From Eukaryota sp. TZLM1-RC (taxonomy: Eukaryota > Protista > Metamonada: BaSk clade), in NCBI GenBank assembly GCA_040285825.1, contig JAUPSS010000001.1, forward strand, positions 3,782,001 to 3,846,000: a stretch of DNA of 64,000 bases, given 5' to 3'. This document shows positions 47,811-59,989 of this stretch, piece by piece. The notes beneath the pieces were generated by a model, which saw only the letters and a list, made by a program, of their open reading frames with translations, ran no database searches and was not told the origin of the DNA. Position 1 is the first letter of the stretch; each line of letters opens with the position of its first letter. Both the position numbers and the translations under genes were made by a program.

Positions 47811-49213
47811 ATTAATATTATTTAGTCTTAATTCACTTATTGCAGTCACATTGTTATTTCCAAATCACCAGTCGATGAAGCAGTCCGTGATCAACGTTAG
47901 TGCATATGTACGTGGTACAAAATGCATTGTGCTTTAAAACTGGTGCCTTCAAATTGAATATGACATTGGAAAAAGTTTTTTGGATAATGGTTGTGGAAAT
48001 GTGTTTGTTTCAAGTCTTGCTGAATCAATGACCATTTTTGTTATCAGATCTACATTTATCTCAAATGCTTCACTTTTCAAATTTCACCATTATCTAGAGC
48101 CTTAAAGGTCAAAATTATCATGTATGCTGAAAAGATGAGTGGTCTGAAGACCAACCCAAGCAGTCAATAATTTGTTTAACTTTTCGTTTTTTCCGTAGTT
48201 GGAACCTTGGGTAAAACTCTGTTGTCCCTTCTAGACAATTTTCCCTAGACAATTTTATTGTTAAATAAAGGATTAGAAGAATTGTTGCCCACTGATTTTG
48301 GCACAATAGGTTTGTATTTTCTACTACTAGGAGAATGTGCAGCCATGTTTCTAACTCGTTGCTATTATGAAGACAACGCTGTAGGTGTTTGAGTGTAGAT
48401 TGGGCAATTAGATCTTGAGTGGTCTAAAAATTCATGTTGATTTATAATAAAATGGATTTTTAACAAAAATTTACTCTACAACTACATGTCCATAATCATT
48501 TGCTTGCTTTGGGAAATACTTTTCACCACAACTACATACCACACTTACGTCCCATGTTAGTTAAATTGCGCTAATTCTTATTTTTTGCGAAGATGATTGT
48601 TGGAATCGACATTGTTACACTGAACTCGAAAAAATATGTAACAAGAGGGAGTGTGGCAGTATTCATGAGAACAATGTTAAATTTGATAAATATGATTTTG
48701 TTTGCAGTATACTTTATTGGCACAAAATACAATCACCAGTTTGTGAATAAAACAAAACACCTATGTAAATAATTGGAAAATGATCAAACTGCCAAAGATA
48801 CGTCATCTGTTTTCTACTCTTGACTACAGGAGGCCTCATCATCAGAAGACCCTTCAAAACAAGTTGGTCGTGCTGTTCGTCTCAGCAACAACACTGCTCG
48901 TTAAGTGATAGCACTATTCAAACTATCAATTTCCCTAGCCACAAAGAATAGCACTAATTATGAGATAGATCACATTGAGCCATTGAAAATATGCCTAGTT
49001 GTTATTACATTATTGCATAATCGTATGCAATTTGTGGTTAACGTAAATGTTCTATTTATATGAACACTCTCTTTATATCTCTTATCAATATTAATTTCTT
49101 AACGTTAAAACAACAAAAACAATGGTCGAACTCACATGAGCCAAAATGCAATGATTTAAGACTGCCTTCGTTCATTGTTCATTTTGAAATGGTTGTGCAG
49201 TAGTCTTACTGTG

Positions 49214-49653
49214 CTAGTAAGACTTTGATATATGGAGAAAGGATTCCTTACTCCATATAATGAATGTTACCTCATCATCCACCCCCTCAGCCATTTCAGC
49301 GTACGTTACACATTCACCACGCAGGGAAAACGCTATGGGACACGGCACACCTTCTTTTGTTTTGAACTTATTTCCCTCAAACACCAATTTCACTGCATCC
49401 TCTGGGATGAGTTTGAACAAGTTTTAAACCAACCATGTTTGAACTCGTGACAAGATCGATAACTAACTGAAAAGGGCACCTTGTCACTTGTGGCAAACGA
49501 CGTTTGGTGTCCAGGGAGTATTATGCTCTGTGGTGCACCTATGAATGATGAACCAGGTTCAATGAAGATGTCGTTTAATACAAATGTGTCCTGTGTATGA
49601 TTCTCAACAACCACGTTCATCGATGTATAATAAAGGGAACACCAAGGTGTCAT
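49214..49653 (-). CDS. small two-exon beta-rich protein (weak aegerolysin-like N-terminus)
   Basis: 32-nt intron 49402-49433 joins ORFs 49390-49653 and 49214-49420 in frame (..FKH|EDAVKL..); VVVENHT..L..G..PQSIILPG pattern. Confidence 0.55.
49402..49433 (-). other. 32-nt spliceosomal intron
   Basis: GTTGGTTTAAAACTTGTTCAAACTCATCCCAG; restores the frame. Confidence 0.75.
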
Positions 49654-50340
49654 TGATGAAACCGGTTTTGATACCTGAGTTTGTTAGCCATTTGGTAAAC
49701 TATTTGGTAGTGTTCGCAATTACTATTATTATGTCTGTAGAGACTATACTGTTGTTCTATGATTTCACTATCTGTGCTTTCTTCACAAAAACGCACCCTG
49801 TCGCACCCTTTCTTTTACTTTATTTTGAACAATTCTACTCATGGTCCAGTTATGTTGTATTGATAGTTATCTAAAAAATACTTTTTCCTTAAGATTTCTT
49901 TATTTAATTTTTTAAACTAATAAAATTATCTAAAATTCGATATCAACTAAACAAGCATCACTATTACTGAACCTATTCATGGCATTTCGTTCATATTCTA
50001 CACCAACAGCTACACCAACAGCCAAGAGAGCTTTAGAAAATACTTGTTTAGATAAATGAATTTCTTAAACAACTTATAAATCAACATCTACGTAATCCAT
50101 CTCTCCCAATACAAAACAACTAGTTGCAACTCTCTTAGAATAAGATGCAAGAGAATGCATTGTCAATAGGTTTTGGGCAAAAATTCTTGTCGATACCCTT
50201 ACCATTATCAATTCATTCTTTGAAATTGGTTTGTTGGTACAAGAATTTTGGTTTTCATAGGGGGTGTGATTTCATTTTGAATGTTTTCAAGAAATGAGCT
50301 TCGCCATTTGACACAACCTATTTATTAAATACATACACCT

Positions 50341-51666
50341 TTATACATCAGTTTCTTCTCTAGGGGCTGGTACTTCTGGTACTTTTTCCACAGCATGAAC
50401 CGCTGAATTTTCTGAATTACCCAATAATTTCAACATAAAGATATCAGCCATTGTATTCAAGGCGGTACGCATTGAGTCAGCAAAGAATTCGTAAGGAATC
50501 ATCAACATAACCAAAGAGGCAGCAGATGAAGGATCCATCATGAAAACCAATGAAAAGGTAATTGGCAGTGATGATGCAGGTCCAGACAAACCAGCAAAAA
50601 CAAAGGGAGAGAATAACAAAAGGTAAACAAAATTACCAAATGAAGGTCCATCTTCAGAAAATAATTTCAAACTAATTAAAGAGAATAAAACTCCATAGAA
50701 AACTGAACCTGGAACGTTAACAACAGCGCCGATTGGAATCAACAACTCTCTCCTGTAGCGTTCAACATCCATTTCCTTCTCCACAGTGGTAAGAGTGATG
50801 GGAACGGTGGTTATGCTGCTTTTGGTGGCAAAAGCAAAGATTGGCGCATTTTGAACATTGAATAAAAATTTAAAAGGATTTTCTTTGGTAGAAACATATA
50901 AAAACACAGGCCAAATAGCAAATGATAGCAGAACCCATCCTAAAATAAAGGAAATCATAATGGTATCCAAAGGAAATTCATTCATCGAAAAAGAGGAATA
51001 CACTTTTGAAAAAACAACAACAGAAGGAATCACCAGAGCTACATCGAAAACAAGTGAGTTGAAAAAAACGTTAGATTTGGTCAGTGCAGACTCAGCTCCA
51101 GTGTAGCCCAGTTTGTGTAGAGTTAAACCAAAGAGAATGGCATAGGCGATGATAGTTGCATAGTGCTGGGACGTAATGGCAGAGAATAGATTGGGTGAGA
51201 AGAAGTTGACCACCGTGTTAGTTATTGATGAAACATAACCGTCAAAAAGAGATTCAAATGTTACGCCAGAACCGCCAGCATTTGATGGGGCCTCATAACT
51301 AGCCTGAAACACAAGGTAGATAATGATGGCAAGGAGTGCTGCAATCAAGTGCCCAGAGTACACATAGAGTAGGTACTTAAGGGCAAATTTGAAACAACTA
51401 CCCGATCTAACGCTATCTATGATGGTAAGTGTCACCAGAGAGAAGATGAACACAACCATTATAGAAGAAATGATGTTGACCCATAGCGTCCCGGGGAGAG
51501 CGACGATGTCAATGAAACCAGTTGGTAGATCCGAACTGTCTACAATTAGAAATGTAACAATACCAAGAACGATTGACAATGAAAGAATCACTACCGATCT
51601 TATAGCAGCATCACTATCACGGAAGGGAAAAACCTTTTCGACAGAACGAGTTACAGAGGCAGGCAT
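50341..51666 (-). CDS. dicarboxylate/amino acid:cation symporter (DAACS/SLC1-like)
   Basis: HP1 AFATKSS..TVP, TM7 IPIGAVVNVPG, TM8 DSMRTALNTMAD; about 8-10 TM. Confidence 0.88.
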   Translation of the reverse strand: MPASVTRSVEKVFPFRDSDAAIRSVVILSLSIVLGIVTFLIVDSSDLPTGFIDIVALPGTLWVNIISSIMVVFIFSLVTLTIIDSVRSGSCFKFALKYLLYVYSGHLIAALLAIIIYLVFQASYEAPSNAGGSGVTFESLFDGYVSSITNTVVNFFSPNLFSAITSQHYATIIAYAILFGLTLHKLGYTGAESALTKSNVFFNSLVFDVALVIPSVVVFSKVYSSFSMNEFPLDTIMISFILGWVLLSFAIWPVFLYVSTKENPFKFLFNVQNAPIFAFATKSSITTVPITLTTVEKEMDVERYRRELLIPIGAVVNVPGSVFYGVLFSLISLKLFSEDGPSFGNFVYLLLFSPFVFAGLSGPASSLPITFSLVFMMDPSSAASLVMLMIPYEFFADSMRTALNTMADIFMLKLLGNSENSAVHAVEKVPEVPAPREETDV

Positions 51667-52034
51667 GAGCTAACAAAATGTCAAATCAGCAACTTGTTGA
51701 GATTCGAAAGATGGCGAATCAAGTAAATCACATGCATTTTCAGTTTCCACGTAAAGACACGTGTACAAATGCCATTCTGAAATTTGGATACACGAGTGGA
51801 CAAAACTTATTCTTCAATGGTAACATACCAGCACTCTGTTATGGAAGATGTTTGTTCAATATAAGTCAATGTTTTTCTAAGGTTTTGTTTAAACAGATTG
51901 CTTATTGAACAAAAATGATGTTGTCAAGGAGTAAAAAAACAGGTAAATCTCACTACAATATCTTGAAAAAGATTTCACAGATACTCCCAATCAGACTGGG
52001 AGGTTGTTCCTATTATGATTGTTATTGTGTTGTA

Positions 52035-53470
52035 TGGCTTTTAAACATGCGTTTTCGTTGTGTTCTTTGGCCAAACAATTTTCCCAATGATTTAACATGT
52101 AAATGTGGTAAGCCTCTTTTGTTTTCTCATCTTTTGAACTGTAAACATTTTATTACATTTAAAAGTAAAGTGCATAATAATGCCAGGGACCAAATTTATG
52201 TAATGTGAAAATCACTTCGAACAGATTCCTTTTTAGATTCCTTTGCTATCAAAATTTATTCTCCATGACACCAATATTGATAGTACGCGTTACAACAGAG
52301 CTTCTATGGGTCTGACAAGAGGTGCTTCTTCACACAATACCTTAAATTGACTAAATTTCGTGGAGGAATCTCTTGAACTGAGTCGGGAAAACATTGAAAC
52401 CAAATTTCTGGTGCAATTTTATTAATAGCAACATCAAGGTCATACAAATATTTTGACAATGATTGACTAAGCAAATGAATATCTTCAGGGAAACAATTCA
52501 GAAATTCAATAATACAATTTTTACCACCACCAATAAAAGCTGCTTGACAAAGAATCGAGGATTTGGTAAAGCCAACACCACCAAATTGTGAAGAAGAGAA
52601 CAAGTGAGCTCGAATAAGCTCAGGATTCATGGCATATAATTGATCACGAACTGAGTCATGAACAATTGAGCGATAAGTTATAAAATACTTACAGTTTAAA
52701 ATATGGGAAAGCGTAACAACACTCTTGCAGCGACAAATTAAATTATTTGGTAAAGAACAAGGCCATAGAAAACATCTCATTCTCATTGCAATGGTCCATT
52801 GGTGATTATTAAGTAGAAGGCCATAAATGTTGGTAATTTGGAAGATTAGGCAACTTCAGCAACTGTCTTCAAGATCAATCAACAAGTTTGCAAAAACGGG
52901 ATTTGTTTCTTTAGCCAAGCTGAGACGTACAATATAATCCAAGTTTTCTAAAACTTTCAAGATTTTTTTCTGCAATTTTGCAAAAGTCAGTGGTAAGGAG
53001 AGCAAGCTTCTTGGTGGAAGTTCCACAATATCAGAGGGGAAACATTTAGACCAAATATTGGGTGAAAGAGTTTCAATTTCCTGTTGCAATGAAATAAGAT
53101 AAGAGTTGCTACAATTTTCAATGAGATGAATTTTTTCAGAAAAACGATTCACAAATTCATAAATAAAATTCTTTCCACCTCCAATAAAGGCAGCTTTACA
53201 AAGGTAGTTTCATTTATGAAAATCAACACCACCAAAACTTGTACCACAAAAAATGTGGCTTCGTAACTGAGATGCATCAATTTCCAATAATTTTGCTAAA
53301 AAATTGGTTCTTTGTTCATTAATAATTCGACAAAACTTCAAAGAAATTGATGGTGATGTTGATCTCAAAATATGAGTAAATTTTCCAGAATAACAAATTT
53401 TTAGGAAAAAGAATTTCAAATGTTTCTCAATATTTATATTTTCTATTGATTCTAATTCATTTCCAAATTG
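52035..53470. mobile_element. patchwork of three RLE non-LTR subfamily fragments (A on +, C on -, E on -)
   Basis: 52035-52322 resembles 29290-29580; 52323-52629 resembles 33493-33797; 52630-53470 resembles the 3510-3705 family. Confidence 0.82.
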
Positions 53471-54179
53471 AGTCAACAGAGTCGAAAGTTGATAAAAATA
53501 GTGTTAAAAAACACTATTCAAGTCCAGAAGGTGTCAAAATCCATTCATCAATTCAATAATTGTCGATCGATACTCAGCATTGTCCATCTGGCAGAATGGA
53601 GCAACGTTGGAATCGATATCGAGAATCGAATATCAATTGTTGTCATTGTAACATCATGTTCGGCAACGTATGTTGTGGTTTAAAATGGCCACACGTGTGT
53701 CAAACAACAGGAAAATCTGAATTACCATTCTGATTCTTGATAAATCAAACTAACTTCTGTTGTTTCACTTGTAATATGCCCATATCTGACTTAGAGAACA
53801 AAAACCCTAATTTTATTTTCATCAACCACACCATAGATAGCTGAGTAGAGAATATGTGAAGGATGTTAGTTATATACATGACAAATAATTAATGGAGTAC
53901 ATCATTTTTGGTTCATGAGGACAATTGTAAAGGCATACTTTGAGACCTCGACTCTTGTCCTTCATAACACAGTAGCTGTGTGATGATGGTGATTGTAGAC
54001 AAAGTAATTTTCCATCAAACCTTTAAATTACAACTTTTGATTTCTACGATTACAAAGAACAACAATCAATTATAATTTTTTTTCATTTTCAATTTATCTA
54101 ATAAGGAATATGAAATCATGAAATACACAACCCAAACTCCATATCCTCAAAAACTGCATCACCTAGATTAAAACAATTA

Positions 54180-54650
54180 ATTAATAAAGATTCAGAAAAT
54201 TTCATAAATGAAGAGAATAAACCAGAATTGAATTGCACCATTCCCTTAATAATGAAAAATACAATACTGTTTTGTCAGTAAACACGATTGAAAATTTTTC
54301 CAGTTCTTTCCTTTGCAACTACAACAGAATTTTCAAGGAAATCCATAACAGTCTTACCCAAAGAGCAAAGCAAAGAAGAAACAAATGGACATAAAGTATA
54401 TTGGGCATAAGTATTTTCATTTACAGAGGAAATGGGTTTCGCGTATTTAGCAATTTTATACTTTTGCCAGCAAGCAGAGGATTATTTTCAACTGAGTTAA
54501 TGAAATGTTCAAGAAAAATTACAAGGGTTAATGGACATGTCGTCTAAAATAGTAAAACTACCATTCAAGCCGGCAAATTACCTCTTGTCACACCCATAGA
54601 TGCTCTGTTGTAACACGTACTGTCAATATTGGGGTCATCCTGAATTAAAT
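54180..54650 (-). mobile_element. RLE non-LTR 3' fragment (subfamily A)
   Basis: reverse complement resembles 29520-30030. Confidence 0.8.
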
Positions 54651-55059
54651 TAGAATCAATTATAATAATTCAAGAATTTTTAATTCAGCAGAATTTTGGG
54701 AAATACAAGGAATGTTTTAATTCTAATGTGCATTTCACTTATCATGCATGCCCCTGTGAAATTCATTCCCGTTTTCAGCTTTCTCATTGTCTACTCACAG
54801 GCTGTAAGGAACATGTAGCGTCATTTGAAAAAGACAATCATGATCTTCATCAATGGGCTACCTCACTTAAATCCACCAACTGCTTTCACAGAACAAAGCC
54901 TCGCGACTTGACGTATCTACGTGGAGCTACCAAAAGCTACTAAGTTATTTGTAGATCTGTCTCAAAAGTTTTCAAATAAATTCAAAATACAAAACAAAAA
55001 ATCAAATTAAAATAAAAGTTTTTCGAAAATTATACTTTCTGTATGCTCACGTTCCTTAT

Positions 55060-57790
55060 TCATTTCCTCAACAGAGGTTTTGGGCAAATGTATCTTTCTG
55101 GCCACAATTCCACTTCCTTCTTAATTTGAATATTTTTTGCAGCGGAAATATCTCTTATACTATTTGACACTCAGTACAAATATGCATCTGCAATGAGCCT
55201 GCTTGAATATCCTCGGCCATGCAACAACTGGACAGTTTGCTTGTATTAAATTCACTGGTTGACAAGTGCTTCACGTCCTTTTGATAACACAACTATTTTT
55301 TCAAAGCCTTTGCTGATCCATATCGATTAAGCTTTCGGCAATGAGAAACGAAATTAGTAGAGCCCAGGGTAAGGTAGAGTTTTACAGGATGTCCAGCCAG
55401 ATTTTGAAATTTGTTGAGGCTCTCTCGGAACCATTTGTCTCTTCGTTTGCGGTTATCAAATTTAATTATTTTCCTTTTCTGGTGATTTCTTTTCAAGTAC
55501 ACTTTCCTTTTGACCAGATTCCAATGGTTCAAATATTGGTTGAAAAATTTGAACGGAATATTGGTTGCGGAAGTGTTTACTGGGTGAAGGTTTTGTCATG
55601 AATTTTCTGCCAGTTGGACAAGGAATAACTCCACATTGATTATCATTTACGAAGTAACCACATAATCCAGATTGTCCCAGATCAACGCCGATAAAGGGCC
55701 TTTCAGGTATAATTTCCACTGAAACTCTTCGTCTTCGACGGTTAATTTTTTAATACCCTTCAACTGTATTTCTCTAATTTTGTTGGCATCAAGGTCACTT
55801 TTCATTTCTCTTTTTAATCTTCCTTTCTTTTTCGGTGGTTCCTCCAGCTCATCTGTGTTTTCTGAGTCATTATTTCTACTTTCAAATGTTAAAAGCAGTT
55901 CATTACCATTAGTTTTCAATAAATTGTTAAACCTATTTTTCAAACTTTTTCTGTGGATATGATATTTTTGGACATGTTTTGAATATTTGTTTGATTGGGA
56001 AGATTTATTGATGACAACGCAAAGTTCCACTGTTTTTGCATTAAATGATGAAATTTCAAGAATTGATGTAGAAAAATGGGGTCGATGTTTTCCCCAGTCA
56101 TTCAATGGCAATATTCCAGAAAAAAATGTTTTGAATTTGAAGTACACTCTTCGAACATTACAGAAAAGATTGACTGGAATGTATGAAAAAGATCTTTATA
56201 ATGATATATGCAGCTCAGCGGTTTTAAATCAAGATCTTCACTCATTGTTGTTGGAAAAGGGTGTTTGTGAAAACAAGTCATCAGATTCTTCACTTTTTGT
56301 AACCATTGTACCACGAAGATTTGGATTGTGTGCCACTAATGAAGCATTTGTAACAAAAATGAGATTATATTTGAACATCCCCATTAATCAATTATTATCA
56401 AAAGAAGAATGTATTTGTTCGAATTCACCTCAACTCACTTTGCGCCATGCTCTGAATTGCTCTAAATTGATAACTTATCGTTCTTCATTACATGATGCTG
56501 TTAGAGACACTGTTTTCAATATGGCACAAACTGCAAGGATATCGTGTATCAAAGAGCCCTTGCTGAAGGAAACACTTTCTCTGAATAATTTTGGTTCTGA
56601 TGATAGAGGTGATGTATACTGTGATTGGATTGATAATTCTGAAGCTATTGTTGACTTTGTCTCATGTTGCAAATGATACTTTGTTTCACAGAAGAAAACT
56701 TAATCCGGTGACTGCTCTGGATTTCAAAGCAAAAGAGAAACATAGAAAATATGATAAAGATATTGAAGAGGCAAATGTCGATAGAAATACACAGCTGGTT
56801 TTTATTACTTTCCCATTTTCGATAAATGGAAGATTATCAGTTGAAGCAGAAACTTTTTTGGATGACTTCCAAAAAATGGTGCAAGAAAAAACAATGAAAA
56901 GATTTGATATTTTTTTATGGCGTTCACGGATTCAATTTGCCATTATTAATAGATTACCGCGGTTTTTCAATCGAATTAGAGAAGCTTTAGCTAGACAGCA
57001 AGCAAATCAAGATTTTGTAGAGGAAATCTTGGTTCAATGATAGTCGTCCCATTAGTTATGATTTAATTTAATTAAGTGTGCAAATTCAATAAATAAATTT
57101 TTCATAAATATTTGTTTCAAATTCATTTTTTATAACTTTGTTTTGTAAGATGGTCGTTCAATAAATGGAAATTTTTTCAAAGAGTGGAAAACATGTGAAG
57201 GTACCTCAAGAAATTTAGAACTCTTATGAGATGCTAAAGTCATTATTCTCAATTTTTTTAGCAATGATTAAGAGAAAAAAAATTGAGTAAATTTTGTGAA
57301 ATTTCAAGATTAAAGAGAAAAGGCTCACCAATTTCCTTTGATGAAAAGGGAATTCTATCACTTGAAGACAGTAAAGAATTAGTGGCAGGAAATCTTTGAC
57401 AAAGACTCAAGATAAAATTATATGCATTTAATAAAAAGAATCTTTCTCTTGAATTATTAAGATGGAAATTGATGTATGGTTCGATAATGAAATGAATAAA
57501 TACTTCTTTGAGTTGCTCACCTTCTTCTGTCATTGCACTAGCTTCTAGAGGTGCTAAGGGTTCATCTGTTCATCTGGTATAAGAGAGAGAAGATAATTGA
57601 CAAAAACATTTGTTTTGCCCAGAGCTCTACAATGAGCACGAATGAAGTTTTTTGTCCAGGATTGACAAATTTTAGGTAAACTCGTTTTAACATTAGATGT
57701 CAATTGATGAGCGCAACAAGCAAGGTAAAGAGAAAGTTCTTTTCTATTAATAAAATTGCATCTCTGTGCATGCAGCCAATCAATGAGGAA
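55060..57790 (-). pseudogene. second Fanzor1-type nuclease gene, split by a non-LTR insertion
   Basis: FTCFPL; FNNLLKTNGNELLLTFE (TDG-box homolog); RuvC-I FIGVDLG; SEFNTSKLSSCC..ICTEC; RuvC-III RDISAAKNI; stop at 55060; N-terminal half resumes at 57118 beyond the TSD. Confidence 0.78.
55993..57106 (+). mobile_element. 5'-truncated RLE non-LTR insertion (subfamily B) with 11-bp TSD
   Basis: TSD AATATTTGTTT at 55982-55992 and 57107-57117; CICS..HALNC, HDAVRD, RGD, KEKHRKY. Confidence 0.88.
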
Positions 57791-58046
57791 AATATTGAAT
57801 GAAACAAAAACTAGAAAAATTTCCTGCTGCTACTGACAGTGTTCCGTTTATGGCAAATGGAAAAGCAATAAAAACAAGGCGTAAGTTTCTATCTGGTTTC
57901 CCTCTGGCACAACAACCCCTTCTGAAGCTCAACAAACAAAACAGCTAAAATAGATATCATGTTGTACAGCTGATCCATGTGTTCATTTTTAGTGCTAAAA
58001 ATATAATAAACAATTTAATTCTAAAAAAACACAACACACTCACCTT

Positions 58047-59243
58047 ATGCGTGTAATGCAACCGTCAAATCTACACGCAAGACGTGCATCCAACATGACG
58101 CATCAACGAAGAACGACAACAGCCCATGAAACCACGTCTTCACAAAATCCCCCACGTATTCCACATACCAAACGAGAAGTACATCCTGAACCTGCAACAC
58201 AAAGCCTTGATAAGGCAACTATCATTTCCAACCTACTCACCTTGGGTGAAACCCTACGTTCAGCTTCTAACCAAGTTTGTGACTTAGTCAACATTCTTTC
58301 TGGTCTCGAACGTGCCCAAGCAGTAGTCCCCGTTCAACATCAAGTCGAAGAGGAAGAATTCTCTGAAAGTGAAAGCCCCATAGAAACACAGAAAGTTCCC
58401 CAAGACTATGCCGGGCCTGAAATTGACTTTCATAATGATACCTCTCCCATTGCAGTTGATGAATCTGCTTTGAAAGTACTTTCTGCTTCTGAACGGGAGA
58501 TCTTGGAAATCTGTGTATATGGCCTCGTCTCCTCTTCCAAGAAGGGTCTCACGTATAACCAGCTGATCAGTGTTATCCGTGGTCGTCATTCTGCAAGGGG
58601 ACTGTTCGAAGATCATCATTTCACCAAGGTTCCAGACATTGAGAATTTTCCACAAGACAATCCAGGTCCCATTGGTTGGGGGATGATCCGTTACTTTATA
58701 AACCACAACAGAGTCACCCGTGACATTGAGAATTGCTTAGCTCCGTTGTTAGAGATTGAGCAGGCAAAAGGTTCAATTTGGATCCATAACAACCGCTACG
58801 TTGCTTTTGAATCACAGCATGCACCTCCTCCACATGTCATGGCTCACATGAAGTCAGCGCCACCAGCACCAGCACCACAACAAGCATCATCTCGTCCAGC
58901 AAGAACTGCAGGAGGAAGTAGTGATGATGAGGTGCGTGTACTGAGGCAAAAAGCGACAAGGGCAATTCGACAGCTGATCGCTAAGAAACCCGATCTATCG
59001 GTCAATTCCCTAACCGAGTTTCTTCGAGGTAACACTAGAAGGAGAAAAACTATTGTAGATTGGGGTTTAAATACAGATGAGATTATTTGTTTGAAAAATC
59101 ACCTGACCAAAAAAGCTTGTGAAGAAATGGTTGGTGAAATACTTGCTGAACTAGATGGTGTGCCTGAAGAAGATCCTCTGAGAGTTTTAAGTGCAGTAGC
59201 GAGTTCAGTTAGGGGTCCTCCTAGTAAGAGAGCCAGAATTTAA
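58047..59243 (+). CDS. hypothetical protein (398 aa), basic NLS-like C-terminus
   Basis: long intact ORF with host-like GC content; ends PPSKRARI; no family recognised. Confidence 0.75.
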   Translation: MRVMQPSNLHARRASNMTHQRRTTTAHETTSSQNPPRIPHTKREVHPEPATQSLDKATIISNLLTLGETLRSASNQVCDLVNILSGLERAQAVVPVQHQVEEEEFSESESPIETQKVPQDYAGPEIDFHNDTSPIAVDESALKVLSASEREILEICVYGLVSSSKKGLTYNQLISVIRGRHSARGLFEDHHFTKVPDIENFPQDNPGPIGWGMIRYFINHNRVTRDIENCLAPLLEIEQAKGSIWIHNNRYVAFESQHAPPPHVMAHMKSAPPAPAPQQASSRPARTAGGSSDDEVRVLRQKATRAIRQLIAKKPDLSVNSLTEFLRGNTRRRKTIVDWGLNTDEIICLKNHLTKKACEEMVGEILAELDGVPEEDPLRVLSAVASSVRGPPSKRARI

Positions 59244-59989
59244 AGGATTTTGGGAGTTTTTTATTAGTGTATTTGTAGTTTTCTATGTTAAGTATTTGTA
59301 TTTATTAATTTTTAGTTATTTAATATCAATGAGAGCGTTTCAAACTATGACAGTCCTCATTTAGTGATTTTTTTGCTTGAAATCCTCATTTAGCACTTAA
59401 TAAATTTTAATTTACTACCCCAACTCATTTTGGTGTAATCTAACCTTTGAGATTTGTTTCATATATGAATTGTATTGGCATGGCTAAGGTTCCTGTAACC
59501 AAATCTTATACTCCTTTTGTGGAGCTAACACAACAACCTTCTTTTTACTAGTAATTGTGAGTAATAGTAAATTACTTTGTGTACTAGATAGTTTATTCGA
59601 TAATGCTTCACCACACAAACTTCGGCTCTTTTTTTGGTTGCTCCTTTAGCCAATCAAACAACTAATTCGATAAGATTGAATCCTGCAATATGATACATTG
59701 ATATCTTAAATGAGTAGTTTCAAGATTATTATCTGCAGCACTCACACTAAGGGAGCAGTTAGTTTATCTTGTCGTCAAAGGCTTCAGGCATGTTGCGTCA
59801 TTGGGATAGTGTGTGCAATGTAGAGACAGAATGTAATCATGGTTACCAGATCCAGATACATCATTTGTATTTATAGAATTTTGGTTCTTGCCACTGTATA
59901 TATGTCATTAAATCACTGACACGTGTCACTTTTTGTAAAAGTCGATTCAATGAGAGTTTCTTCACAGTTCGTAACTTTTATTATCAAAA

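Noticed and set aside
55647-56147. 166-aa ORF as a gene
   Set aside because: Chimera of antisense retrotransposon sequence and the Fanzor fragment across the insertion junction
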